Below, piece by piece: positions 1 to 11,288 of a stretch of 34,331 nucleotides of DNA (positions within the stretch are counted from its first letter, which is position 1; every line of letters starts with the position of its first letter). The stretch is taken from the NCBI GenBank assembly GCA_002245135.1, contig NGBS01000016.1, forward strand, positions 124,001-158,331. Direction: 5' to 3'. The DNA is from Proteromonas lacertae (lineage: Eukaryota). The translations under genes and the position numbers were made by a program. The notes under the pieces were generated by a model, which worked only from the letters and a program-made list of their open reading frames with translations, was not told where the DNA came from and searched no databases.

Positions 1-13
1 AAATATTATACAG

Positions 14-1549
14 ATACAGGAATGTTGGTGTTATTATATGCAATGAGTGGTTTATTAATAGTTGTTACCATTGCGATGTATGTCTTTTATTTTCAAAATA
101 AGAGAATGTTTCGATTGAATCATATACCTATTTCTACATCTTTATGGTTTGTTATTCCTTTAATATCAGCTGTTACTCAAATCACAATTGTTGGAACTCC
201 AAATGAATTTGTTTGTTCTTTAGAAATGTGGTTACATTACATGGAATTAGGCTTTTTCACTTGGGTTCCATATTACATGAATAAAGAAGCTGAAATTGAA
301 TCTTTGACTGTTATTAAAGCAAGATATGAGTTAGTTGGAATTTTTTTTTATTATTTTATTATTTCATGTAAGTTATTCGTTGATCGAATTCCATCTTTAT
401 ATGATGAGACAATTGAAGGCAATTCATTTATTTTTTATTATTATTGTAAAGAATATCCAACTACTGAACTAATGGCTTATTGTATTTGGGTTTGCGTTTT
501 AATACAGATGTATTATATTGTATTTAGTAGTTTAAAAAGAAATTTGTTATTGTTTTGGATTCAAGTTTATTATTTGTATATATATATTATTTGTGATTTA
601 TAATATAGATTTGTTTCCATCCTTTTTGCTTGTATATTATTGGTTGTTTGGCAGAAGGAACCGCTGAGTAGAAGTAGTATTAATTTGGTTTATTCATTAC
701 ATTGCATATCAGCAATTTTATTTATTGTACCATTTCCATTTATAATTTTCCATAAACCAACTCAAAAATCAATGAAACCTTATACATTCTCATTCTTTAA
801 GAAGGAAAAGAAATTAAAACATTTCTTGAAGAATAAACTGGATAGAGCTCATATGATATGTTATGCTGAATTATTACAAATGAAGCAATAGTATATTAAT
901 TATATATTTATTTATTAAAATTAGTATTGAATTTTATGGTGATATTCTGGAATTTGAAAAAATTAAAGAAAAGACAGAATTAGAGATAAAAGCATATGAA
1001 TTATTACATCAGTACATTGAATCTGAATTAATTGCACTATCAGATGACGAAAAAACTCAACTGACCAATCATTTTGCAGCAATTGTATAGATTTTATTCA
1101 TATATTTTTGTTTATAGAGCAATAATGTATTTGCTGATGTAAAATCCATCATATTCCAATATTTATTAGACAATTTTTGGGATGAGTTTTATCATTCAAT
1201 TTATTATATTATTTGCGAAGAAGACTGGCATTCCCTTCGCTATTTTGAATCTAGATCTACAGAGATTAGAAGAGGAGTTGAGATTAGTTTAGTTGTGAAT
1301 TTGTTGAATAATAATTTGAATGATAGTGAGAAAGAGTTCCTTACAAATAATATGAGTAGAAGGTTTGAAAGTATCGCAATTTCTAGATCTAGAAATTCAA
1401 GTAAAGTTAACTCTATAGCTAGAAGATCTATGGCTACTGCAAGGAAGTCAATACCTTTGGATCAGGTAGTTTCAACTCCTAAGGCAGATAACGATGATAA
1501 AATAGATACCACTAATTTAACACCAAAAGAAGAAGTGAAGAAAGATTAA
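14..1549 (+). CDS. 7TM (class C GPCR-like) protein fused to an RGS domain; probably 5'-truncated by the window edge
   Basis: ORFs 22-603 and 640-891 give multiple TM helices (CSLEMWLHYMELGFF; YYCK loop). Introns at 576-608, ~891-924 and ~1085-1117 join them to IEFYGDILEFEK...KAYELLHQYI...VFADVKSIIFQYLLDNFWDEFYHSIYY, a typical RGS pattern. Stop at 1549. An upstream acceptor CAG lies at 11-13. Confidence 0.75.
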
Positions 1550-1634
1550 AAACATTGTAACAATAGTTTAGTTTAATTAATGCTTAATTTTCTTTTTTTC
1601 TTAATAATAAAAATATATTCGTTTTGAATGAAAA

Positions 1635-2206
1635 ATGAACGTTAGTCGTAGAAAAAGCTATACAAACTCTTACGTATTTATATATTTACATTTATATACT
1701 CTATATATTATTATCTTTTAATTCTATACTTCATATTACTTATTTAAACAATATTTATTCTAAAATCTCGTAGATAGCTCCATATAACTCATATTCAAAT
1801 GTATTTCGCTCAAATAAAAAGCATCAACCAGAATACCAAGATTTAAGTGTATAAATTACATTCTAATATTGTAGTTAAAAGATATACACATTTTAAAGAA
1901 ATCATTAGAGGAAGAGTATGATACTTTGCAAAGTGAATATAGAAGACTGCTAATATCTGTATAAATTTAGAAATGTTATAAAAATTCTAGACATTAGAGA
2001 ATCCTAGAGAAGATTTAAACCCTCAATTGAGAAATCTAAGAAATTTTATTGATTATAAAGCAAAGCAGATATATTTATTACAAAGATATGAAAGATTACA
2101 TTATAGAGAGCCAATACCAGTTAGAAATGAAGAAGCAGCTCAAAAAAAGAGAGAAGCATTAAAATTATTATGGAATATGAGAAAGATACAACACAATTAT
2201 TCATAA
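1635..2206 (+). CDS. Hypothetical coiled-coil protein, 3 introns
   Basis: ATG at 1635. Introns at 1674-1773 (100 nt), ~1849-1874 and ~1959-1990 give a continuous frame MNVSRRKSYTNSY/IAPYNSYSN...EAAQKKREALKLLWNMRKIQHNYS*. No family recognised. Confidence 0.55.
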
Positions 2207-2446
2207 ATTTTGTTTTTTTAGCAGTTATATTATCATTAGTTATAAATACACTTTTGTTAGTATTATTATTAAGTTGTAATTTTTATTTTTTATTTTTATT
2301 TTTGTGTGATTTTGAGATATTTTATGTGATTTCTTCTATAACACTATATTTATGAAATTTGTAACATTTATTGAGTAAAATATTACTAGTTCTATAGTTT
2401 ATATATAATATTAACCATATTCTATATTTTTAGTTATTTGTGTTTT

Positions 2447-3737
2447 ATGATGAAAAACTCAAGATTGTTTATTATTTCTGTTTTATTTTCAACACTATGT
2501 GACTTGTCGCTTCAAACAGTAGCAGATTCTCCATATATAGATGTTGATACAAGTATATACTAGAATCTTATCGTTACTGTTTAGTTGAATCATTTATCCA
2601 TTCTTTCCAAGTACCTTTATGTCTATCTTTAACAGCATTTGGCTTAGTTCAAATGTTAATGGGAATAACAGTATTCAGGGTATTAATGTGTATATTATTG
2701 ATGATAATAGGTTACTTCTTTTTTTCTTGGTTTTGTGGTTGGTGGATTATTATCTCAATTGTTGTGTGGTATAATATTGCACAAATTAGTGAGTGAATCA
2801 ATTGTTTTATATGTATCAATCGGAGCAATAGTTGTATTAGGCTTATTCTTTGGTATTTTATTAGCCAAAATAGCATCAGCCGGATATGTTGTTGTTAGTA
2901 TTAATTAATTCATCATATTTCTTAAATAGCTGTATTATCAGGTGCATTTATAGGTGCATATGCTGCAACAATACTAATCTATTTGACACATACAAAAACA
3001 CCTGATATATACTTCTATATATTCTGTCCATTAGTTGGAGTTATTTGTAGTGTTATTCAGTTCATTTTCCCATTTATTAGAACTTTATTATTTGCTATTT
3101 TAGGCGCTTATGTCACTGTATTTGGTATTGGCACAATTGCAGGAAATTTCCCAAATCCATTGTTAGTTCCAAGTTATAAATCATATGATGGTAATTATCC
3201 TCATGTTGTATATATATATTATGTTATTATTCAATATAATAGTGGTGGGCTTATATTGCAGCTATTGCAGTAATGAGTGGTGTTGGATTTATTTCTCAAG
3301 CTTGTTCAGCTATTTATTTCAGAACTTTAGGAGATATAGAAACAGATGAAACAAAACAACCACTTCCACCAGAAAAGAAAGATTTCTCAATGCCAATGGA
3401 TTTGCAATCTGATAGGGAAATGAAGAGAGCAGCAATGAAAGCAAGATTATATTCAAATAGAATTAAAGATCCAGGTGAAGCGTATAGTTACATTCAAGAA
3501 TCTGCAAGACCAAAATCAATATCTCCAAATACAATATCTCCACAATCAAATGATGATGATAATGGAAAAAGAGGTCGAACAAATTCAAGTAGGAAAGGCT
3601 CAGTGTCTAAAACTGCTCCTCCTAAACCTACAAGACCATTACCATCCAATCGTAGAGCAAGTACAAATAAAAATGAAGACAGTGACAGTGATGAAGATGT
3701 TATTAGAGTTCCTCAAAGAAAACATTATGAAATATAA
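2447..3737 (+). CDS. TMEM198/TM7SF3-like (DUF4203) multi-pass membrane protein
   Basis: Signal-like N-terminus. Four ~31-35-nt introns join Gly-rich TM helices (GLVQMLMGITVFR/VTSFFLGFVVGGLL; AILGAYVTVFGIGTIAGNFP) to the basic low-complexity tail of ORF 3273-3737. Confidence 0.65.
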
Positions 3738-3748
3738 ATAATTATTAA

Positions 3749-5236
3749 TTAGTATTTTTGTGGGGATTTAAATGTCATTTTTGGATACATCTTTTGTAAT
3801 GATACGATTGTTGATGTTTCTTCTTTAAATCCTTCTATATAAATATTTTCTATTTTAGGTAAATATTCAATTGATAATCGGATGTATTTTGCAATCATTT
3901 TGTTGAAATTATTCTTCTGAATTCTTAATGTGATTAGATTTGACATTCTTATTTTCTTTTCACTCAAATATTTTATTGAATCATTACTAATTCCAGTTTC
4001 AGATATATCTAAATCTTTCAAACATTCAAAATAGATGAAACTATCAATTAATAACATCACTCCTGTATCTCCAATATCTTGACCACTTAAATTGATATAT
4101 TGAACATTAGGGAAACATTTAAAGTATGGATATAATTCTAAATATCGTGGAAGAGGTATTACTCGATAAGGTTCATATTTCATAATTAACTTATACTCAT
4201 TACAAGCTATTAATCCTAAAATATATCTTATATCACTTTCATCATCGTAGGGCCATTTCAGATTATAATAACATGATTTATATTCACTATCCCATCTCAT
4301 TGGCTTCCAATGTACAGAAATCATATAGTGAATTGTGACGATTATAATGTGTTACCAGTTTGTAGATTATATCTTCATTATTACAGATAAATTGCATTTC
4401 TTCTACATTCAATACTTCTTGATGTTTTATCTTTCTCATTATATTTTCATTCTTGAATAACCATAGATTATTATATAATTCAATATATCGATTCTTATCT
4501 TCTTTATTTTCTACATTTTTATTTATTAAATCATTATATCATCTATCATCATTCGATCACATATATTCACTTTTAAACAACCATTGATTATATTTTCATA
4601 TATTTCCAATCTTTTACAATTCTCATCTTCATCATCAGCATCAGCATTTAGTTTCAACTTAATTCTTTTGTTTTCTATTGATAATATTACATTTTCAATC
4701 TCTTCTTTATTCTTTCCATTTATCATATCAACTTTCTTCAATAGCTTATATATTATTAAACCAACACTCCAAATATCACTTTCAATTACACTTTTACCAT
4801 ATAATATACTCTCTGGACTTAAATATTTATAGTTTTCTATTATTATATCATTCAAATCACGAATTTCATTTAAACAATAATCACTTATATATATTTCATT
4901 ATTTTCATCTAATAACATATTATTCATATTCAAATTACCATTACATATATTCAATTCATTCAACATCATCACACTTCTTAATAATTTACATATTATTTCA
5001 TCAACAAAATCAGTTTCTAACTCACTATTATATAACAACACTCCTAAACTACACTCGTATGTATATCGTTTCACATACAATTCATGACGCCTTACATTCA
5101 CACTTTAATATTCGACAGTAGTTTGCTACTCTCATTCTTTCGATTATTCTCACTTTTTCACAATAATTCATCAAATCATTCTCACAGATTTTTCGTATAT
5201 TATATGTCTTCTTTATTATATTTTTGGTTTTATTCA
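3749..5236 (-). pseudogene. Pseudokinase-LRR gene with broken reading frame (pseudogene or assembly errors)
   Basis: Kinase fold lacks HRD and DFG (ICNGNLNMNNMLL, ISDYCL) but keeps YLSPE and SDIWSVG. It is followed by RI-like LRRs (INLSGQDIGDTG, LDISETGISND). Frame breaks lie near 5090 and 4530, and a 31-nt GTAA..TAT intron-like segment at 4325-4355 lacks an AG. Confidence 0.6.
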
Positions 5237-5385
5237 TATCATACGAATAGTATATAAAGAGAAAAAGATAAGAATATAATAATGAAACGACTAAGAATTT
5301 ATTTGACAGAAGCTTGAAGAAAATCATTTCAAAAATGCAATGAAGTTTTTCAAAGTGTATGATATATATAAACATTTTCTGATAT

Positions 5386-5517
5386 CTCATCCCTTGCTAC
5401 ACACGATATGCCTAGTTAATGACAAATGGTGTGCCAGTGGATGAGGAGATTTGTGAATAATCTACGGGTGGGGTTGCTCTTTCTGTAGTGTTTATCTCAA
5501 TGATCGTTCGCACATTT
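5386..5517 (+). ncRNA. Candidate H/ACA-type small RNA
   Basis: GC-enriched intergenic island with two hairpins: CTCATCC 5386-5392 / GGATGAG 5439-5445, and GTGAAT 5453-5458 / GTTCGC 5506-5511 with inner stem CTACGG/CTGTAG. ACA-TTT directly follows the second. The hinge (GAGATTT) is not a canonical ANANNA H box. Confidence 0.35.
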
Positions 5518-5615
5518 ATATTTATATAGGTAAATCATTGTATTTAGTGAACCAAGAAGTGTGTTGTGATGATTGAGTAATAGAAGTATATATCGAATAT
5601 CATAAAAGATATGAA

Positions 5616-5687
5616 TGATAATCAATGATGGTATTTCCTTAGTAAAACCCTGAAATATATTGCTGATAAATTTCACTGAGATTATCA
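5616..5687 (+). ncRNA. Candidate box C/D snoRNA
   Basis: Perfect 8-bp terminal stem TGATAATC/GATTATCA. Box C ATGATGG 5625-5631, D' CTGA 5650-5653, C' TGCTGA 5661-5666, box D CTGA 5676-5679. The 3-nt bulge gives correct k-turn geometry. Confidence 0.6.
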
Positions 5688-5859
5688 ATTATTTATAATA
5701 TGTTTCACATAATTTTGTATTAAATAGGATTTGTATATTTGATGGAGAAGAATTGTTGATGAAGATAGAATGTAAATAAAGTTCAACAGTTCTTTAGTAA
5801 TATCTATTAATTATCATTTTTGAGTTTAAAAAACATATAAAAACAACAAAAAATATATA

Positions 5860-6717
5860 TTACAAAGTATATCTACCTGTAGTGGTTCTAATAAACAAAT
5901 TTGTTTCATCTTCACCTCCTTTTACTAAAGTCTTTTGATTAGATAAATTTTTAAATATTTTATCATAAACTACTGATTTCTTTTTATCTTCTTCCAACTG
6001 TTTTTTTGCTTTATTTATTAGAGATGAAGATAAAATTACTTCTGGTTCACTTTCTTTCACAATTTTTGCTTTTTTATTATTGGTTTTTTCTTCAGGATGT
6101 AATTTTCGCTTCTTCTCTTCTTTTCTTTGTTTTTCTTCCATTATTTCTCTTAATTTCTTCTGTGCTTCTTCTGGAGTAGGATTTAATGATATTATATCAC
6201 TTTCTTTCATTGCTTTACCACAATTTAAACATTTTGAAGATTTTATTTCTTTCAAAACTTTCTGTAACATTACACAACCACAGCTTTTTATCACTATAAC
6301 TGGCACTGCGCCTGTTAACTCTTCGTTTGTTACTGAACATATAAAACGAGCTGGCATATTCTCTTCATAAGTCATATTTTGTTCTTCTGGTTCTTTATAA
6401 CTTGGATTTTCTACAAAATGAACTTCAAATATATCATTTAACTTGGTAACATGTGAAAATTCTGGTTTAGGTTTCTTGGATAGTATATATTCTAGAATTG
6501 CTTCTTTGTTATATAAGTAACCCATTTTACAACAATATATCTAATATACAAAAAGTAAAAAATATACTGGAGGTTTTAAAGGTTCTCCCGTTAAAGCACA
6601 AGTGTTTAATCTATAAAAATTTGTTTCTAATGAACTAAGCTTCTCATTAAATTGTTTTTTAGCATGCCATCTAGTATATTTTCTCTCGTTTGCTGTTGTA
6701 CCGCCATCTCCACCCAT
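5860..6717 (-). CDS. RTF2: Replication termination factor 2 (Rtf2 RING-like)
   Basis: Starts MGGDGGT; CALTGEPL, GYLYNKEAILEYIL, FICSVT...CGCV...CLNCG motifs; intron 6541-6567 (27 nt). Confidence 0.9.
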
Positions 6718-6827
6718 TTAAAACAAAAATATATCAAAATACACTTAATACAAAGAAGACTGTTTCTTTTGTATTTCAAAATATAAAGACAAAATGAACT
6801 TATTATTGATTAAATTAGATTATTCGT

Positions 6828-8300
6828 TTATTCTTCTTCTTCCTCCTCTTCTCCACCAACATCTTTTCTTACTACCTTTTGTGGTCTTACTTTTCTTTCA
6901 ACCATTCTTCTCTGAATATTAAGAGGTTTAGATGGTGCAGCTACAACTTGTGGTTGTTGTTGTTTTCTTATTTTCAATATTTCTTCCGTTTTCTTAGATA
7001 CAGTCCTCAATTCATATCTAGAAGGAAATTTTGTCCCAACTCTACACTTAATCACTTCATGTGCATTATTATCAATCCATCCATTCTTATACACCAAATC
7101 AAAACCTCCAATTAATAACTCATCACCTGACATCTTCCCTTCCAAATCAATAATATCCAACATATTGTTCAACAATACAAACTTCATATCTCTATCTTCA
7201 GGAGTGTTCGCTGTAAGTGAAGGAGATGCATTTACTTCCAATAACCACGGTTTCAGATCAGCATCAATTAAAACATCAAAACCATACATTTCAAAGCAAT
7301 GTTTATCATTCATCATAACAGGCTGTACACTCAATAAACTTCTTATAAATATATTCTGAATATCTTCAAATAGTTTATCACTTTTTTGTCTTCCATGTTT
7401 AGATGATATATATTCTCTCACTTCCTTAACCATCCATTTACCACCTGTATCACTATCATAATCTTCAGCATGTTTCTGTATAGCTACATTAGTTAAATGA
7501 GAAGCTAAATCTGTTATATCAGAATTATATCTACTGTTAGTAAATCTAGCAAATCCACATCGATGAACATACACAGTTAATGGCTTATAATTTGTAACTA
7601 GCACATACAATCTCAAATCAAACTTTTTTCCACCTACTAAATATGGATTGGTGATATATTTTTGTGCTAAATAAGCTTCTGGTCTTTCAGGTTCATTATT
7701 GCCATTATCATCAGCTCCATTTCCTCCACCACCTCCACCTCCACCACCTCCACCTCCTCCACCACCTATTTGATTCTTATAATCACTTTTCCATTTTTGA
7801 ATATCACTTAAATTAGTGAAGAGAAATATCCCTCTTCCTTGGCATTTACCTATTGGTTTCATAATCCATACTTGACCTGGTGTTCTTTTATATTCTTCGA
7901 CTAATAATGAATACTCTTGAGGTAATATAAATGTTAATGGTGCTATGTTATAAAGAGCAGCTTCATCAAATCGTTTTTCTTTTTCAATCTGTCTTTTCAT
8001 TCTTTTTAAGTTTTTAGCTAAAAGATCCTTTCTACATAATTCACGATAGTTTCTAAAATGGTTGACTCTCTGCCATGGTTCAAAATGTATATGATCAAAA
8101 AACTCAACAATCCACTCTTTATCAGCCTAATCCGATCATAATATTATTCATACCCAAATAAAGTCCCAATCATCTCCTTCTGTTTGTTTCCAACCTCTAG
8201 CAACTAAAACTTGATAAATGACATTTTTGAAATCTGTTTTAAATCTAATCTCTCCTGGAGCTCTTCTGTGTATATATTTCTCTTTTGTAATTAAGTTCAT
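6828..8300 (-). CDS. TTLL9: Tubulin polyglutamylase, TTLL9/TTLL1 type
   Basis: VNHFRNYRELCRKDLLAKNLKR, WIMKPIGKCQGRGIFL, KFDLRLYVLVT, HLTNVAIQK, LLEVNASPSL; intron 8127-8153. Confidence 0.85.
7722..7766 (-). repeat. Poly-Gly (GGT/GGA)x15 coding repeat inside the TTLL gene
   Basis: 15 consecutive Gly codons read directly. Confidence 0.95.
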
Positions 8301-8403
8301 AAAGTTTTATTCACACAATTTTGAATAAAATTAAAAAACAACTTTGAATAACCGAAAAATATTTTTCGTTCACCGGATATTACATTTTTGTTGTTTTAAT
8401 CCA

Positions 8404-8788
8404 ATGCAATTGGCAAATTTTGCTAAATATTGTAGAATATTCCCAAAAATAGTAGAACAAGTCTATAGACCTCAAAGTATAACTCAAAATGTCTTATTAT
8501 TTCTTCAAATAGTGATGATGGGATTAAATGCGCTTACTATATATCGACCATTCAATATTACCGTTCCTACTTTATGTATATACATATAGTTTAGCATTTG
8601 CTTAGTTGATTCATTCATTAATTTTATTAAAAGGACATATCAACCTCATTATCGAAAGCAAAAGAATAAGCATGGGTTTTTACATCGTTTATCAACTCGT
8701 ATAATAGTATTATTAAAAGAATATAGCTGGAGGTAGAAAAGTATTGCAAAGAAGACGTGCAAAGGGTTGTTGGAGATTAGCATCATAA
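8404..8788 (+). CDS. MRPL34: Mitochondrial ribosomal protein bL34m with presequence
   Basis: After two short introns the frame reads KRTYQPHYRKQKNKHGFLHRLST..GGRKVLQRRRAKGCWRLAS*, the L34 signature, preceded by an N-terminal extension. Confidence 0.9.
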
Positions 8789-9015
8789 GATTTATTTATA
8801 TTGTAATTGTTTTTTATTTTTTGTGTTGTTGATAGATTGTATATCTTATGTGATAAAAGACAATTTTATGGAATTCTAAATGCTTTTTTTGTATTGATGA
8901 AAAGAGTAACTATCATACAAATGATAAAAACGAAATGATAAAAAAGTGTAACGGATTCAATTTTGAATTATCATTTTCTTTTTTTATTTTTTGTGGTTTT
9001 AGTTATTTATAAAAC

Positions 9016-10111
9016 ATGAGTACTGCTGAAGGAACAGAAGAAAAGAAATCAGAAGTATATACATCAAGATTATGCTATTTATAGCCTCAAGTAGGAAGAA
9101 TGTTACGAAGAGTTGGAAAAGCAACAACAAGTATTGTAATCGTTTTTATTTACTGTTTTCTAGAGAATTTAAAGGATGAAATGAAGACCAATGCTGATGC
9201 TTTAGATAATAGAAAGAATAAGCAATTATTAAAGGAAGTAATGGATAAAGCTTCAGCTCCTGATATGTATATTAGTTTATTTCATGTATATATATTAGGA
9301 CAACTCATGTAACTTGTGTAATAATATATAATTTGCTTAATCAAGCAGAAGTAGTTGAAACAAATATAAGTTGGGATATAATCAAAATAAATGATGAAAT
9401 AATAGAAAAAATGAAGAACTTTGATGCAGATTCAATTACTAGTGGAACAAGTGCAGCAGTAGTATCCTTATCTAAGCATCCTGATTTTGAAGGTAAAGTA
9501 GCTAATGCTGCAATACTTGCATTACGTAAATGGGCAAAGACTGTTGTAACATTTTGTGGTGGAGCAGATGAATTAGTCGCATCTTGTAGAAGAGGAAAAG
9601 TAGAAAAAGTTAGGCAATTACTGGATGTATATATATATATATATATATATAATTTATCAATATATTGGAATAGAGTGGAATTAGTCCAAATTCAGTCGAA
9701 CCATCTACAGATAGAGCTGCTTTATCATTTGCCGTAATTAATGGTAATTTAGATATAGTGAATATGCTTTTAGAAAAGGGTGCTGATATTAATCACAAAG
9801 ATAAGGAACAATGGACAGCTTTACACTTAGCTGTATGTGTAGATGATAACACTCCACTTGACTCAACATTTGTTACACCCGGTAGAGGCATATTAACTGC
9901 TTTATTAGATAAAAAGCCTGATATTAATGCAACTACTGATAGATTAACAACTCCATTGCATTTAGCTTATGCTTATAACTTTGAATGGGGTGTTCAAAAA
10001 CTATTAGCGAGTGGAGCAGATCCTGATGCTAAGAATATTGAAGGTCTTCTACCTATAGATGCGAAAGAACGTGCTAATTGGCAAGAAAAAGCAATGAAAG
10101 CTGGATTATAA
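9016..10111 (+). CDS. Ankyrin-repeat protein with an N-terminal dynein-MTBD-like domain
   Basis: Introns 9055-9084, 9131-9163, 9267-9298, 9627-9673. Ankyrin motifs WTALHLA, TPLHLA, GADPDAKNIEGLLP. N-terminal segment IIEKMKNFDADSI...HPDF...LRKWAKTVVTF. Confidence 0.8.
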
Positions 10112-10252
10112 AGAAATTTGGCTTTTTATTTTAATTTTCTTATTATTATCACATGTTATTATTATTATTACCTTTCTTTTATTTTTGTTTTAATATTAAT
10201 AAAATAAGAGAAAAGAAAATTCAACACTTAAAACTATAAATAACAATGATAA

Positions 10253-11193
10253 TTAATAAGATGAAGTTCCACAATATTGAGTAATCCATTCATCTTTTGG
10301 AATATCTTTTAAATCAATTCTTTGAGATGGATCTTTCACTAATATCCTTCTAATTAAATTCTGAGCTTCTAATGACATAGAATTCGGAAATGGAATATTT
10401 AATTTCAATATTTTTCTATAAGTTTCAGTATTACTATTCGATTCAAAAGGTGGATGTCCTACTAATAATTCATACATTAAAATACCCAAACACCAATTAT
10501 CAACTCTATCATCGTGTATTTTACCTTCAACCATTTCTGGTGGTAAATAATCTAAAGTTCCACATAATGTATTTCTTCTACTCTTTATTGTATGAATAGA
10601 CCAACCAAAATCACTTATTTTTAACTCTCCATTGTAACCTATTAATAGATTTTCTGGTTTTAAATCTCTATGAATGATGTGTTTTGAATGACAATAATCT
10701 AATGCCATAGCTAATTGTTTTATATATTCTGCTGTTTGTCTTTCACTAAAATGACCTCTTTTTGTTAATTCTTTATATAATTCACCTCTTGGAGCATATT
10801 CTATAATTAAATATATTCTTTTTTCATCATGAAAATAACCATATAATCTTGCTATGTTTTTATGTCTTAAGTTTGATTGGATTTCTATTTCTCTTCGTAA
10901 TTGTCTTTCCATATTTGATTTTATTAATTGATTTTTAGATAGTACTTTCAAAGCTATTATCACATGTGTTGTTTTTTCTCTTGCTAAATAAACATTACCA
11001 AAGCGACCTTTTCCTAATGGTCTACCAATCTCAAAATCTGATAGTTCCCAATTTTCTTTACTAAAATCAATAGAATACAATAGAAATACATTGATTTTAC
11101 TTCCTCTTCGTTTGTATTGTTCTCACATATAATATTCTCTTTTTCTACTGGCTTTTGTTTAAAAATACCCAACATTTGGGCTAATTGGTTCAT
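10253..11193 (-). CDS. AURK: Aurora kinase
   Basis: [58 protein letters not shown]; intron 11061-11089; ATG at 11193. Confidence 0.95.
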
Positions 11194-11288
11194 TGCTTAT
11201 TGAGAAATAATTTGAATTTTTAAAACTGTTTGAGAACGAAACGAGTATATTTTTTAGAATAAAAGCTACTTCTTCGATTTTTTGCTCA

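Noticed and set aside
11211..11226. CHR-like TTTGAA/TTTAAA near the Aurora start
   Set aside because: Too frequent by chance at this AT content.
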